From Eledone cirrhosa (taxonomy: Eukaryota), in the NCBI GenBank assembly GCA_964016885.1, contig OZ024752.1:42904001-42968000 (forward strand): a DNA stretch of 64,000 nucleotides, given 5' to 3'. The notes under the pieces are model-generated. The model did not search any database. It saw only the letters and a list, made by a program, of their open reading frames with translations, and was not told where the DNA came from. This document shows positions 11,770-24,226 of this stretch, in pieces. Each line of letters starts with the position of its first letter. Positions within the stretch are counted from its first letter, which is position 1. The position numbers and the translations under genes were made by a program.

Positions 11770-11943
11770 GGGCGGTGGATTGGCAGTATCGGTAGAGGGT
11801 CGGACGCCATGCTTTCCAGCATAGTTACGTCTGAGTTCAAATCCCGCCGAGGTTGACTTTGCCTTTCATCCTTACGGGGTCGATAAAATAAAGTACCAGT
11901 AATGCACTGGGTATTTGCTGGCCTTGTGCCTAAAGTAGAAACA
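11770..11943 (+). mobile_element. SINE family 1 copy
   Basis: Same head, core and tail as 3899-4113. Confidence 0.85.
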
Positions 11944-11957
11944 GTTATGTGTTTAAG

Positions 11958-11993
<36 letters not shown>

Positions 11994-12732
11994 CTTAAAA
12001 TGGAGTGAGAATCTTTTATTCTCACACCATTTTAAGCTAGATTAACTAGTAAACTATACAGCCAATTCTATTCTCTCTCTCTCTCTCTCTCTCGCTCTCT
12101 CTCGCTCTCTCGCTCTCTCGCTCTCTCGCGCTCTCTCGCTTTTAGTCTTCACATTTATTATTATCACTATATATATATAAATATAAATATAATAGTCATC
12201 GTTTAACGCCTATTTTTCCACGTTAGCATGGGTTAGTTTGTTGGGTGACCCTGTCTTGCTCATATAGGACTGTTTCTTGCTAGTTTTCTACGGCTGGACG
12301 CCCTTCCTAACGGCAAACAATTAATTACTGAGATAATTACTTTTTTGTTTGTTATATATACACATATCACAATGTCCACAATAGCTTATGCATCCAGTTC
12401 TCGTGTATAAAGTGGGTCCGTTATTATAAGGTTTAAAAATGTGTCTTATACACGAATAAATATATACAAACTTTACTTAAAAGTAGCTAAAAGCTATAAA
12501 CTCTTGGCTATTTTATAGTTGTTTTATGTGAATTTTTCAAGCATATTTTCAGCATTTTTATTCAAATTAGTTGACAAACCCCCCTCTCTCTCTTAGAAAA
12601 GTAGCTTTAAAATATTTTAAATTCCTAACATGTTTCCTGAGTAATATAAAGGTATGCATTATGCAGGTATTTACTGAAAGGATGTTATTAGTAACTTGTA
12701 TAAGCAAAATATTTATGCATAAAAAATATGTA

Positions 12733-13130
12733 TATTGGGTAAGCCGCTTGGTTTTCTTAGTGAAAATGAGACAATTTTAAACCCAAAGCAATTTATTCAA
12801 TCGGTGATATATTTGCCATTTCGTTCCAGTACTTTCTGCCATCTTCTAGGTAGATCCATTATTCCCTGTTTTTACTGGTGAAGAACCCTTCCAAATGAAT
12901 TTTCAAATTTGAAGAATTGAAGGTCTGTCCATTCAAAGAATTTTGAAGAGACCAAAACATGGAAATTTGAAGGAATCAAGGTTGGGGGAATATGGAAGGT
13001 GAAGCAAAACTTCCCAGTCAAGCCCAAGTAACTTCTGCCTTGTCTGCAAGGAAGTGTGTGGCCTGGTATTATCTTGATGAAAGACAATAGCCTTTTGATT
13101 AGCAAGAATTTTGTTAAGGGCACACTGTGT
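12733..13130 (-). pseudogene. Decayed mariner (DD34D) transposase C-terminus and element end
   Basis: The - strand reads AIVFHQDNTRPHTSLQTRQKLLGLDWEVLLHLPYSPNL..., then, frameshifted, ...MDLPRRWQKVLERNGKYITD*. Confidence 0.85.
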
Positions 13131-13948
13131 TGAAATGGGAAGAAGTCTATTAACAGTTCCTTCACGTGCTTCATGGTCCCTGCTCCTCCATCCATATTAT
13201 TGATCTTGTTTATAAAGAGATGGACCACACAATACATTGGCCTATATATATACGGTCAGTTTACCTGGTAAATTGTGGCCTATATATAAGATTAATTTAT
13301 CTGGTCAGTTGTGTCCTAATATATGTGATGTGTATGGAGGATGACTGAAGTGGTGAGAGCTGATCTCAGATCGCTGAAGCTCACGGAGGAGATGACGAAG
13401 GACTGTGACAAATGGAGAGCTGCTGAGCTGAATAGGACCCATCCAAAGCTTGCAAGCAGGCGAAATCATCATCGTTTAAAGTCTATCTTCCACACTAGCA
13501 TGGGTTAGACGTGAATTGTCCCATTTGAGGCAAGGTTGGTCGGGTGACCGTGTCTCGCTCATAGAGGACTATCTGGTAGGTTTTCTATGGCTGGATGTCC
13601 TTCCTAACACCAACCACATTTACAGTGTGGACTGGGAGCTTTTTACCATGTAACCTACGCAACCACATTACAGCGTGGACTGTATTTTTTTTTTTTTTTT
13701 GTCGTGACACCTACATGGCCTCATTAGTTTGGACTGGATGTTGTGGTACCAACATAACTTTATAGAGCAAGGGTGGTGTTGGCGGGAGTGGAAGGATGGG
13801 GTAGTGGGTTGGGGTGTATGTTTGGTTTGGAGTGGCCTATGATAATGATGATAGTGATATGTGATCAAGTTATCACTGACCCCAACAAATATATATAAAA
13901 ATCAACAGCATCAAAAATACCTGAAATTTTTCCTCTTTTATTTACCAG

Positions 13949-14078
13949 ATGTGAATGCCAACTGTGATAATTCGAAAATTGCCAACTGCATGTCCATAAT
14001 CAGCCATGTGGGAGATAGCGGTCAAGTGCCTTTCTACATGCAGAACAAAACTGAAAAGGAAATCAAGGAATTCTGCAA
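13949..14078 (+). CDS. Gene 1 exon 2 (VNANCDNSKIANCMSIISHVGDSGQVPFYMQNKTEKEIKEFC)
   Basis: Polypyrimidine tract + CCAG acceptor, AA|GTAAGT donor. Phases 1/2 match both neighbouring exons. Confidence 0.85.
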
Positions 14079-14283
14079 GTAAGTGCCACACCTTATCTCT
14101 TCTCTTTCAGTTCTTGCTATTTATCTCTACCTGTCACTCCCTCTCTCTCTCTCTTCCTGTCACCCCCCCCTCTCTCTTCCTGTCACCCCCCTCTCTTCCT
14201 GTCACCCCCCCTCTCTTCCTGTCACCCCCCCTCTCTCTCTCCCTGTCATCTCTCCTCTGAGGAAAATAAACCAATTGTGGCCA

Positions 14284-15998
14284 GCATCGGTATAGCAAGC
14301 CACTTCGGTATAGCAAGCCACTTCGGTATAGCAAGCCACATCGGTATAGCAAGCCACTTCGGTATAGCAAGCCACTTCGGTATAGCAAGCCACATTGGTA
14401 TAGCAAGCCACTTCGGTATAGCAAGCCAGATCGGTATAGCAAGCCACATCGGTAGAGCAAGCCACATTGGTATAGCAAGCCAGATCGGTATAGCAAGCCA
14501 CTTCGGTATAGCAAGCCACTTCGGTATAGCAAGCCACATCGGTATAGCAAGCCACTTCGGTATAGCAAGCCAGATCGGTATAGCAAGCCACTTCGGTATA
14601 GCAAGCCACTTCGGTATAGCAAGCCAGATCGGTATAGCAAGCCACTTCGGTATAGCAAGCCACATTGGTATAGCAAGCCACTTCGGTATAGCAAGCCAGA
14701 TCGGTAGAGCAAGCCACTTCGGTATAGCAAGCCACATTGGTAGAGCAAGCCACATTGGTATAGCAAGCCAGATCGGTAGAGCAAGCCACTTCGGTATAGC
14801 AAGCCACATTGGTATAGCAAGCCACTTCGGTATAGCAAGCCAGATCGGTATAGCAAGCCAGATCGGTAGAGCAAGCCACTTCGGTATAGCAAGCCACTTC
14901 GGTATAGCAAGCCACATTGGTATAGCAAGCCACTTCGGTATAGCAAGCCAGATCGGTAGAGCAAGCCACTTCGGTATAGCAAGCCACATTGGTAGAGCAA
15001 GCCACATTGGTATAGCAAGCCAGATCGGTAGAGCAAGCCACTTCGGTATAGCAAGCCACATTGGTATAGCAAGCCACATCGGTAGAGCAAGCCACATTGG
15101 TATAGCAAGCCAGATCGGTAGAGCAAGCCACTTCGGTATAGCAAGCCACTTCGGTATAGCAAGCCACATTGGTAGAGCAAGCCACTTCGGTATAGCAAGT
15201 CACTTCGGTATAGCAAGCCAGATCGGTATAGCAAGCCAGATCGGTATAGCAAGCCACATTGGTAGAGCAAGCCACATTGGTATAGCAAGCCACATTGGTA
15301 TAGCAAGCCACTTCGGTATAGCAAGCCAGATCGGTATAGCAAGCCACTTCGGTATAGCAAGCCACATTGGTATAGCAAGCCACATTGGTAGAGCAAGCCA
15401 CATTGGTATAGCAAGCCAGATCGGTATAGCAAGCCACTTCGGTATAGCAAGCCACATTGGTATAGCAAGCCACATTGGTAGAGCAAGCCACATTGGTATA
15501 GCAAGCCACATTGGTATAGCAAGCCACTTCGGTATAGCAAGCCAGATCGGTATAGCAAGCCACTTCGGTATAGCAAGCCACATTGGTAGAGCAAGCCACT
15601 TCGGTAGAGCAAGCCACATTGGTATAGCAAGCCACTTCGGGATAGCAAGCCACTTCGGTATAGCAAGCCACTTCGGTATAGCAAGCCACTTCGGTATAGC
15701 AAGCCACTTCGGTATAGCAAGCCACTTCGGGATAGCAAGCCACTTCGGTATAGCAAGCCACTTCGGTATAGCAAGCCACTTCGGTATAGCAAGCCACTTC
15801 GGTATAGCAAGCCACTTCGGTATAGCAAGCCACTTCGGTATAGCAAGCCACTTCGGTATAGCAAGCCACTTCGGTATAGCAAGCCACTTCGGTATAGCAA
15901 GCCACATTGGTATAGCAAGCCACATTGGTATAGCAAGCCACAACGGTATAGCAAGCCAGATCGGTATAGCACGCAAAACAACGGTAGAGCAAGCCACA
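14284..15998. repeat. 18-bp minisatellite (about 95 units) in gene 1 intron 2
   Basis: ggtatagcaagccacttc with cacatc, cacatt, cagatc and ggtaga variants. Confidence 0.97.
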
Positions 15999-16214
15999 TC
16001 TGACACTGAAATTGTTCCTTTATTTTTCCTCGGAAGAAGAGATATTAATCTCGAAATATCAGGACATGTGCATAAATTAAGGTAAAAAAAAAAAAGCAAC
16101 CCCTGTTTCTTACGATTTCATTATTTTCCGTCCAACCTGCATTGTCGTGGCTTTCAAACTTTGAATTCTTTAAAAATAGAAATATTGAAACTATTCTTTT
16201 TGATGTTTTAACAG

Positions 16215-16321
16215 GGTTGTTCCGCAGTTTGATGAATGCATGAGACCTGTGGCGGCAGATTGCACCCATATACTTGATTTTTCTGGGATCTTGGACTATG
16301 TCTGTGGACCGGGACTTGAAG
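16215..16321 (+). CDS. Gene 1 exon 3 (VVPQFDECMRPVAADCTHILDFSGILDYVCGPGLE)
   Basis: ACAG acceptor, G|GTAATT donor, phases 2/1, continues the Cys pattern. Confidence 0.85.
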
Positions 16322-16409
16322 GTAATTCTCATAACCTTTTAGCATTTGTGTTATATATATTTACGTTACATATATACATGTGTGTGTATATATTACATGT
16401 ATGTGTTTG

Positions 16410-16465
<56 letters not shown>

Positions 16466-16633
16466 CACGTGTGTGTATATATGTATATACGCGTGTGTGA
16501 GTGTTTGTGTGTACACACACCAACCAACCAACCAACCAACCACGTAAATACACGCACGCGCGCGCACACGCACACGTATATTTATATATATATACATATA
16601 CACACATACATGTATATATACACACACACACAT

Positions 16634-16688
<55 letters not shown>

Positions 16689-16892
16689 GGTGGTGGATTG
16701 GCAGTATCGGTAGAGTGTCGGACGCCATGCTTTGCAGCAAAGAGTTGCAACACTTGATGGTCTGAGTTCAAATCCCACCGAGGTTAACTTTTCCCAGTAA
16801 TACACTGGGAAAATTGCTGGCCTTGTGCCAGAAAGTAGAAACAAAATATATAATAATATATATATCTAAAAACATTTTATATATTAAGGAAC

Positions 16893-17101
16893 GATTGACT
16901 TTCGTCAAATTGGACTGAGGGAACAATGTTTCCGTTGGTCTTTCCAATTGCTAATACTATCTATCGGTCGCAACTCCAGGTAGAAGGAGCAACGTGAAAT
17001 AAAGTGTCTTGCTCAAGGACATAACGCATCACCTGGTCCAGGAATCGAACTCACAACCTTACAATTGCGAATCCAATTCTCTAACCACTCAGCCACACGC
17101 C
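16893..17101 (-). mobile_element. tRNA-derived SINE family 2 (gtccttgagcaagacactttatttcac core)
   Basis: tRNA-like head on the - strand. Other copies at 55700-55885 (+, inside a MITE) and 42413-42745 (+, with RTE-like tail). Confidence 0.75.
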
Positions 17102-17107
17102 TTTTAT

Positions 17108-17160
<53 letters not shown>

Positions 17161-17511
17161 GAAAAAGTAAGTCCTTCATCAGTGACCCTCCAACCGTCCC
17201 AGGCATTTCATTGCTTTAAGGGCCATATACCTCAGGTTGGTGCAAACAACGGCTAAAAAAAGTCGTTGGGACACGTAAACAAAGGGGACGTTAGGGTGAA
17301 CAAACAAAATGGTTTAAGCAACAGAAAGTTGTTTGTTCACCCTAACGTCCCCTTTATTTACGTGACCCAACGACATTTTTTAGCCGTTGTTTGCACCAAC
17401 CTGAGGTATATGGCCCTTAAAGCGATGAAATGCCTGGGACGGTTGGAGGGTCACTGATGAAGGACTTACTTTTTCATATGTACCCCATTTGCAACGCGCA
17501 GCTCCATTATT

Positions 17512-17557
<46 letters not shown>

Positions 17558-17754
17558 TAAGTAGGACCCCGACGGCTGAGCTCAAGCCGTTTCGACGGCT
17601 AATTCTGTACTCATTCTGTACTAATTGAGTACAGAATTAGCCGTCGAAACGGCTTGAGCTCAGCTGTCGGGGTCTTATTACCCACTCTACTACCCTAAGT
17701 ATTGAGTACTTTGGTGCGTTATGGTCCACCTGGTTCCTTACCACTTTTCCCTCG

Positions 17755-17795
<41 letters not shown>

Positions 17796-17900
17796 AAAAA
17801 AGGTTTTAGATATTTTCTGGTAAATTATTACAAGATGTTATGTAAATTACTGTAAAGTTACAAGTAAAACTTGAGGATTCATTTTATTTTATTTTCCTAG

Positions 17901-18033
17901 ATTTCATGGCATTTTCTCATTGTTTCGAGGACAAAACCTTCTCTACAAAGATAGCTGGTTGTACCAGTACAATAAGATATCAAATTAATGAAATGCATTA
18001 CAACCATGATTACAAAATTGAAGATGTCTGTGC
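17901..18033 (+). CDS. Gene 1 exon 4 (DFMAFSHCFEDKTFSTKIAGCTSTIRYQINEMHYNHDYKIEDVC)
   Basis: TTTTCCTAG acceptor, GC|GTAAGT donor, phases 1/2. Confidence 0.85.
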
Positions 18034-18454
18034 GTAAGTAAATTGTTTCAAGCTCATTAACCCTTAAGCATTCACATTACTCTATATATCCTATTATATT
18101 TTCATGGTAAAGGCTTTACCTCACATAATATCGAATCTATCAGAATTTTGAAAGTATTTATTATATATGTATATATATAATATATATATATTGGCCCCAA
18201 TATATATACATATTGGCCACACTGTAAACGTGGTTGGTGTTAGGAAGGGGATCCAGCTGTAGAAACCCGCCAGGCAGTCCTATGCGAGCAAGACAACCAC
18301 TCTTGCCTCAAGTGGGAAAACTCCCGTCCAAACCCATACAAGCGTGGAACATGGACGTTAAACGATGATGATGATGATAATATATATATATATATATATA
18401 TATATAATGTATGTATGTATGTATGTATGTATGTACATATGTATATACATATGT

Positions 18455-18750
18455 CAGGTCACCAGTTGGTTAAGAGAGTGGGACTGGCTTTGTGCAGTGC
18501 CTTTGCTCACTATAAAAGGTTCACGGCACAGGCATTGCTTTATATCTGGAGATCTCTCTGCACTTGTCGTCACATGGTACCATGGGCCCAGCACTATGTG
18601 TCAGTAATTGTCACAAGTGTAGTGTTTGTACCAGAGTTTTCAAGTCGCTGGCTGGACTAAAAAGTCACACTCGTTCAGCGCATCGGTAGGGGTTCTCCTA
18701 CATGGATATAAAGTAGTGGCCGTACTCGAAAACGAGTTGGCAGCCACCAT
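18455..18750 (+). mobile_element. Bipartite non-autonomous RTE derivative (5' UTR piece + 3' terminus)
   Basis: agagagtgggactgg...gcacaggcattgc resembles the RTE 5' UTR at 20137-20207. The end ggccgtactcgaaaacgag..gcagcca resembles 30143-30170. Confidence 0.6.
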
Positions 18751-19330
18751 GTATATATATATGTATGTATATATATATATGTATGTATATATATATATGT
18801 ATGTATATATATATATGTATGTATATATATATATATGTATATATGTGTATATATATATATGTATGTATATATATATATATGTATATATGTGTATATATAT
18901 ATATGTATGTATATATATATATATGTATATATGTGTATATATATATATGTATGTATATATATATATGTATATATGTGTATATATATATATGTATATATAT
19001 ATATATGTATATATGTATGTATGTATATATGTATGTATATATGTATGTATGTATATATGTATGTATATATATATGTATGTATATATATATGTATATATGT
19101 ATGTATATATATATGTATGTATATATGTATGTATATATATATGTATATATATATGTATGTATATATGTATGTATATATATATATATACATACATATATAT
19201 ATATACATACATATATATATATACATACATATATATATACATGGTGGCTGCCAACTCGTTTTCGAGTACGGCCACTACTTTATATCCATAAAAAAAGGAA
19301 GGGAAAAGAAAAAAGAAAAGGGAAGGGGGG

Positions 19331-19371
<41 letters not shown>

Positions 19372-19408
19372 AAAAAGAAAGGAAAAAAAAAAAAAAACTC
19401 AAAATAAC

Positions 19409-19459
<51 letters not shown>

Positions 19460-19899
19460 CAGAACAACAACATCAACTGCCACCACCACCACCACCGCCA
19501 CCGCCGTCGCCATCACCATCACCAGCGACCTGGCCTTAAGAACAACTTTAATAATAATTTTTCTGCTTTTGGCACGGATCCAGCGACTGGCCAGCGCATC
19601 ACTGGTACTCTCTTTTGTTGACTCCGTGGAGAGCCATAACTCTATGCTGTAAAGCAATTATAGTAATACTGGACTGTAATACGATCGGCTTCAACTATAC
19701 AAACTCTTGAAAGTCAACAGTTGACATAATCTGGTAATCTTGTATCAGTAATGACGGTAATATATATATATATATGTGTGTGTGTGCGTGTAAGTGAGTA
19801 GAGTAGCGTGTGTGTGTGTTTGTTGTGTGTGTGAGTGTTGCTGTGTGCACGCATATGTATGCGTGTGTGTGTATGTCGTACGTATAAGTGTCAATAAGT

Positions 19900-19933
<34 letters not shown>

Positions 19934-20234
19934 GCGGGGACATAGAAATAATCGGGCTGGATGCCCGATCGCGCAGTTAAACCACTGGGAGTGAAGAACC
20001 CCTAGCCCATGTCAGGGTATTCTTCTAGGAGAAGGCATCTCAGGAAACTGGGTTAACTCCGATATAAAACCTGCGGCTCAGTAGTTACCGATGATGTTGA
20101 TCTTTTCTTCTTTTCGGGTTATAGCTACTGTCGCTCAGAGAGTGGGATTGGTTCAGTGCACAGTCTTTCCTCACTTTAAAAATATTCGTCACGCACAGGC
20201 ATTGCACGAGTGCATTAATAATTATTAATAGTGT

Positions 20235-20269
<35 letters not shown>

Positions 20270-20274
20270 TATTA

Positions 20275-20306
<32 letters not shown>

Positions 20307-20316
20307 CCCCAATTCA

Positions 20317-23300
20317 ATGATGTTCCAGAACAATGTAAACGAGATAATTGCCAATTTGGGTTCTGGAACAAAAAAGATCATTGGCAATAAGGGCAGGGGC
20401 CCCAAGTTATCACAACCTGGGCCCGCCCGTCATCGTGCCATTGTAATAGAGCCAAACAGGGCATTTAGTCTTGGCTGCTGGAACGTACGGACGCTGCTTG
20501 ACAGGGATTCTTTGGAGCGTCCTGAACGAAGGACCGCTCTTGTTGCGAAGGAGCTTCGACGTTACGATCTTGACATCGTGGCTTTGTCTGAGACGAGGTT
20601 AGCTGGAGATGGTCATCTTACGGAATTTTGTGGAGAATATACATTCTTCTGGAAAGGAAGAGATGAAGGAACCAGAAGAGAGGCTGGGGTAGGATTTGCT
20701 GTTAAGACTGTACTGGTGAATAAATTGGAAGAATTCCCAGTGGGGATTAGTGAGCGTCTTATGTCCATGAGAGTTCCGCTGGACAAGGGAAGATATGCTA
20801 CCCTGGTGAGTGTGTATGCTCCAACTATGAATTCTGTCGATGAAGAAAAACTGTCCTTTTACCATGCCTTGAAAGGTGTTTTAAGAAATATCCCTCAGGC
20901 AGACAAAGTCATCGTGCTTGGTGACTTTAATGCTAGAGTGGGTAGGGATTTTAACACATGGAATGTAATCGGAAGGCATGGGGTGGGAAAGTGTAACAGC
21001 AATGGTATGCTCTTGCTGCAGATGTGTGAGGAGCTGGATCTGTGTGTTACCAACACCATGTTCCAACAAAAGAACAAATTCAAGACCACATGGATGCATC
21101 CTGCATCTAAGGAATGGCATCTTTTGGACTACGTCCTAGTCAGGATGCGTGACAGACAGGATGTGCGGTGTGTTCGTGTTCTTCGTGGAGCTGAGTGCTG
21201 GACGGACCACCGCCTGGTACGCGCAAAAGTGAATCTAATCACCAAACGTAAAATCCGGGCTCCTGGTGTTACCCTGCCCAAAAGATTGAATGCTGCTCGT
21301 CTTAAGGATAAAAATGTGAAGAGGACATTGGAAGAAGAGATGCAGGCTGCAGATCTTGGTGAGGATTGGCCGACCCTTAAAAAGTCGGTTTATGATGTAG
21401 GCAGACGTGTTCTGGGATTGGTGCAGAGAAAACATCAGGACTGGTTTGATGAGAAAGATGTGCATATAGATGACTTGTTGGCTGATAAGAGGCGCGCTCT
21501 GTCACGCTACTTGACGGCAAGACCACAGGAGAGGAATACGTTGCATGAGGAGCTCAGGGATGTAAAATCACGTGTTAGGCGGAGTCTTTCTCAGATGAAG
21601 GATCAGTGGTGGAGTGAGAAGGCTGGTGAGATACAAACTGCGTCTGATTGCAATAACACAAAGCTGTTGTACAGTCTCTTGCGTGAGGTTTATGGACCGT
21701 CTTCTTCTCTGGTGACACCGATTCGCAGCAAGGATGGCAAAGAACTTCTTCGTGACTCACAGGGAATTCTACGAAGGTGGCGGGAGCACTTTGATGATCT
21801 TTTGAATCAGCCGTCTGTCGTCAGTGAAGATTTCCTCAATCTCATTCCGGAAAGTCCTGTGAAAGTAGCTCTCGCAGAGCCTCCGACACTTGTGGAGGTT
21901 GCAGTGGCTATTTCGAAGCTGAACAGTGGAAGATCTCCAGGTATGGATGGCATACATGCTGAGCTCCTACAATATGGTGGTGAGAGACTCCTGCAGCATC
22001 TTCACTCTCTGTTTGGAAGGATATGGGCTAATGAATCCGTGCCTGAGGACTGGAGAGATGCAGTAATGGTGGTCTTGTACAAGGGAAAGGGTAACAGGAA
22101 TGATTGTGGGAACTACAGAGGTATATCATTGCTTTCTGTCGTGGGGAAAGTTTTATGTAGGGTGCTTCTGGACCGTCTGCTGACACACATTGCAGATTGT
22201 GTCCTTCCTGAAAGTCAATCTGGTTTTCGTGTTGGACGCGGCACTACTGATATGATCTTCTCAGCTAGACAGCTCCAGGAGAAGTGCATTGAACAGGGCT
22301 TGGATCTGTATCAGGTTTTTGTCGATCTGACAAAGGCTTTCGATACTGTCAACAGAGATGCATTATGGAAGGTTCTCCAGAAACTTGGTTGCCCTGATAA
22401 GTTCCTTGCTTTAGTTAGGTCTTTCCATGACGACATGAAGGCTTGGGTTAATGTCGGAGGTAACATGTCGGAGCCTATCTCAGTAAAAAATGGAGTGAAA
22501 CAGGGGGATATTCCAGCACCGACCCTGTTTGCCATATACTTTGCAATGGTTTTCTGTATTGCATTCAGGAATTGCGAGCATGGTGTTTACATCCGATATC
22601 GAACCTCAGGCAGCATATTTAACATCAGGCGCTTTGCTGCGAAGACAAAAGTATTTACATCAGTCATAAGAGACCTCTTGTATGCAGATGATTGCGATCT
22701 TGTAGCGCACACAGAGAGTGATATGCAGCACATTTTGAATGTATTTTCTGACGCTTGCACTGCCCTGGGTTTGACTGTCAGTCTCAAGAAAACCGTCGTC
22801 ATGTACCAACCTGCACCTGGTAGGCAGTACACTGAACCAAACATCTATGTGTATGGCAAACGACTTGGAGTGGTTGATCAGTTTGTCTACCTGGGAAGCA
22901 CTGTCAATCGATACGGCAACCTTGACAGTGAAATCTCACTTAGGATTAGGAAAGCAAGTGATGCTTTCGGAAAGCTAGAAAGGCGACTCTGGGGTCGGCG
23001 AGACATATGCAGGAGGACAAAGGTAAAGGTGTACAGGGCATGTGTACTCTCTTGTCTTCTTTATGCCTGCGAGACCTGGGTCACATATCGACGCCACCTT
23101 AAGCAATTGGAGCGTTTCCATCAGATGTGTCTCAGACGGATACATGGCGTTCGCTGGAGGGACCACATCAGTGATGTCGAGATTTTGGAAAGCTCTATGT
23201 GTGACAGTATAGAAGCTCTTGTGCTTAAGCAGCGACTCCGTTGGAGTGGTCACCTTGCCAGGATGAAGGATTCTAGAATACCAAAACAACTCTTCTATGG

Positions 23301-23862
23301 AGAGTTGGTTAAAGGAAAACGACCGCCACATAAACCAAAAAAGAGGTATAAGGATTCCTTGAGGGCCTCTCTGAAAGACGCTAACATCTCTGCTGATACA
23401 TGGGAAAATATTGCTGCTGATCGTAATAAATGGAGAAAGACTGTATATGAGGGAAAAGTTGCCTTTGAGGCATCTCGAATCGCACACGAGAAAGTAAAGC
23501 GGGACGTGAGGAAGGGTATTGCTGTTGCACTTCCAGACGGCGAGGGTCCTCCTATGTTTCTGACATGCAGCGTCTGTGCGAGACTCTGCCTAAGCAAAGC
23601 TGGACTCGAAAGTCATCTTCGCAGTCATAAAGTAAGACCAGTGGTTGACTACCAGGCTGCTGTTGGAGATGCTACTCATCATGCTTGCCAAACATGTGGT
23701 AGAGAATGTAAATCAGCAGGAGGACTCAAGCGACATGCAAAAGTACACAAACTCCAACCACAGCCGACTATTCCCAGTAAATGTTTTGGTTGCCGACTCT
23801 GTGCAAGACATTTTGGATCATTGGCTGGGCTAAAAAGCCACATTCGATCGCAGCACTGTTAG
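20317..23862 (+). CDS. RTE-clade LINE ORF: APE endonuclease, reverse transcriptase and three C-terminal C2H2-type zinc fingers
   Basis: Uninterrupted 1181 aa. WNVRTL, LSETR, GDFNA and TDH (APE); QSGFR, DLTKAFD, GVKQG and YADD (RT); LRWSGHLARM; three CxxC-x12-H-x3/4-H motifs. Confidence 0.95.
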   Translation: MMFQNNVNEIIANLGSGTKKIIGNKGRGPKLSQPGPARHRAIVIEPNRAFSLGCWNVRTLLDRDSLERPERRTALVAKELRRYDLDIVALSETRLAGDGHLTEFCGEYTFFWKGRDEGTRREAGVGFAVKTVLVNKLEEFPVGISERLMSMRVPLDKGRYATLVSVYAPTMNSVDEEKLSFYHALKGVLRNIPQADKVIVLGDFNARVGRDFNTWNVIGRHGVGKCNSNGMLLLQMCEELDLCVTNTMFQQKNKFKTTWMHPASKEWHLLDYVLVRMRDRQDVRCVRVLRGAECWTDHRLVRAKVNLITKRKIRAPGVTLPKRLNAARLKDKNVKRTLEEEMQAADLGEDWPTLKKSVYDVGRRVLGLVQRKHQDWFDEKDVHIDDLLADKRRALSRYLTARPQERNTLHEELRDVKSRVRRSLSQMKDQWWSEKAGEIQTASDCNNTKLLYSLLREVYGPSSSLVTPIRSKDGKELLRDSQGILRRWREHFDDLLNQPSVVSEDFLNLIPESPVKVALAEPPTLVEVAVAISKLNSGRSPGMDGIHAELLQYGGERLLQHLHSLFGRIWANESVPEDWRDAVMVVLYKGKGNRNDCGNYRGISLLSVVGKVLCRVLLDRLLTHIADCVLPESQSGFRVGRGTTDMIFSARQLQEKCIEQGLDLYQVFVDLTKAFDTVNRDALWKVLQKLGCPDKFLALVRSFHDDMKAWVNVGGNMSEPISVKNGVKQGDIPAPTLFAIYFAMVFCIAFRNCEHGVYIRYRTSGSIFNIRRFAAKTKVFTSVIRDLLYADDCDLVAHTESDMQHILNVFSDACTALGLTVSLKKTVVMYQPAPGRQYTEPNIYVYGKRLGVVDQFVYLGSTVNRYGNLDSEISLRIRKASDAFGKLERRLWGRRDICRRTKVKVYRACVLSCLLYACETWVTYRRHLKQLERFHQMCLRRIHGVRWRDHISDVEILESSMCDSIEALVLKQRLRWSGHLARMKDSRIPKQLFYGELVKGKRPPHKPKKRYKDSLRASLKDANISADTWENIAADRNKWRKTVYEGKVAFEASRIAHEKVKRDVRKGIAVALPDGEGPPMFLTCSVCARLCLSKAGLESHLRSHKVRPVVDYQAAVGDATHHACQTCGRECKSAGGLKRHAKVHKLQPQPTIPSKCFGCRLCARHFGSLAGLKSHIRSQHC

Positions 23863-23870
23863 TTGCTATC

Positions 23871-23908
<38 letters not shown>

Positions 23909-24226
23909 GCTTATGTGCGTGCGTGTGTGTGTATATATATATGAATATGTATATTATTATTGTTGTTGTCGTTATTATTATTATTGCTATTATTATTATT
24001 ATTATTATTATTGAATGCCATGGTTGACGGAGGCTCGGCTCTGTAAGGTATAGTAAATTTTTAACCGTTAAAACAATTGTAAATTGTTTAAAACTTGAAC
24101 CAAATTGTTGATAAAGACACCCTCCTCCTCGTGAGAGGGGTCTTTCTGTCCGTTATTTGGCCCTTCGGGGTTAAATAACCAGTTATTGGGGTTTTGTACC
24201 CAAAATTTCATTTTAAACAAAAAAAC

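Noticed and set aside
14134-16099. ORFs of about 600 aa with hexapeptide repeats as a structural protein gene
   Set aside because: Open in several frames on both strands because of an 18-bp unit, and located inside an intron of a well-supported gene.
19953-20070. Possible HDV-like ribozyme at the RTE 5' end (GGGCTGG/CTAGCCC pairing)
   Set aside because: Could not identify P1.1, P3 or the J4/2 catalytic motif; looks like ordinary RTE 5' UTR hairpins.
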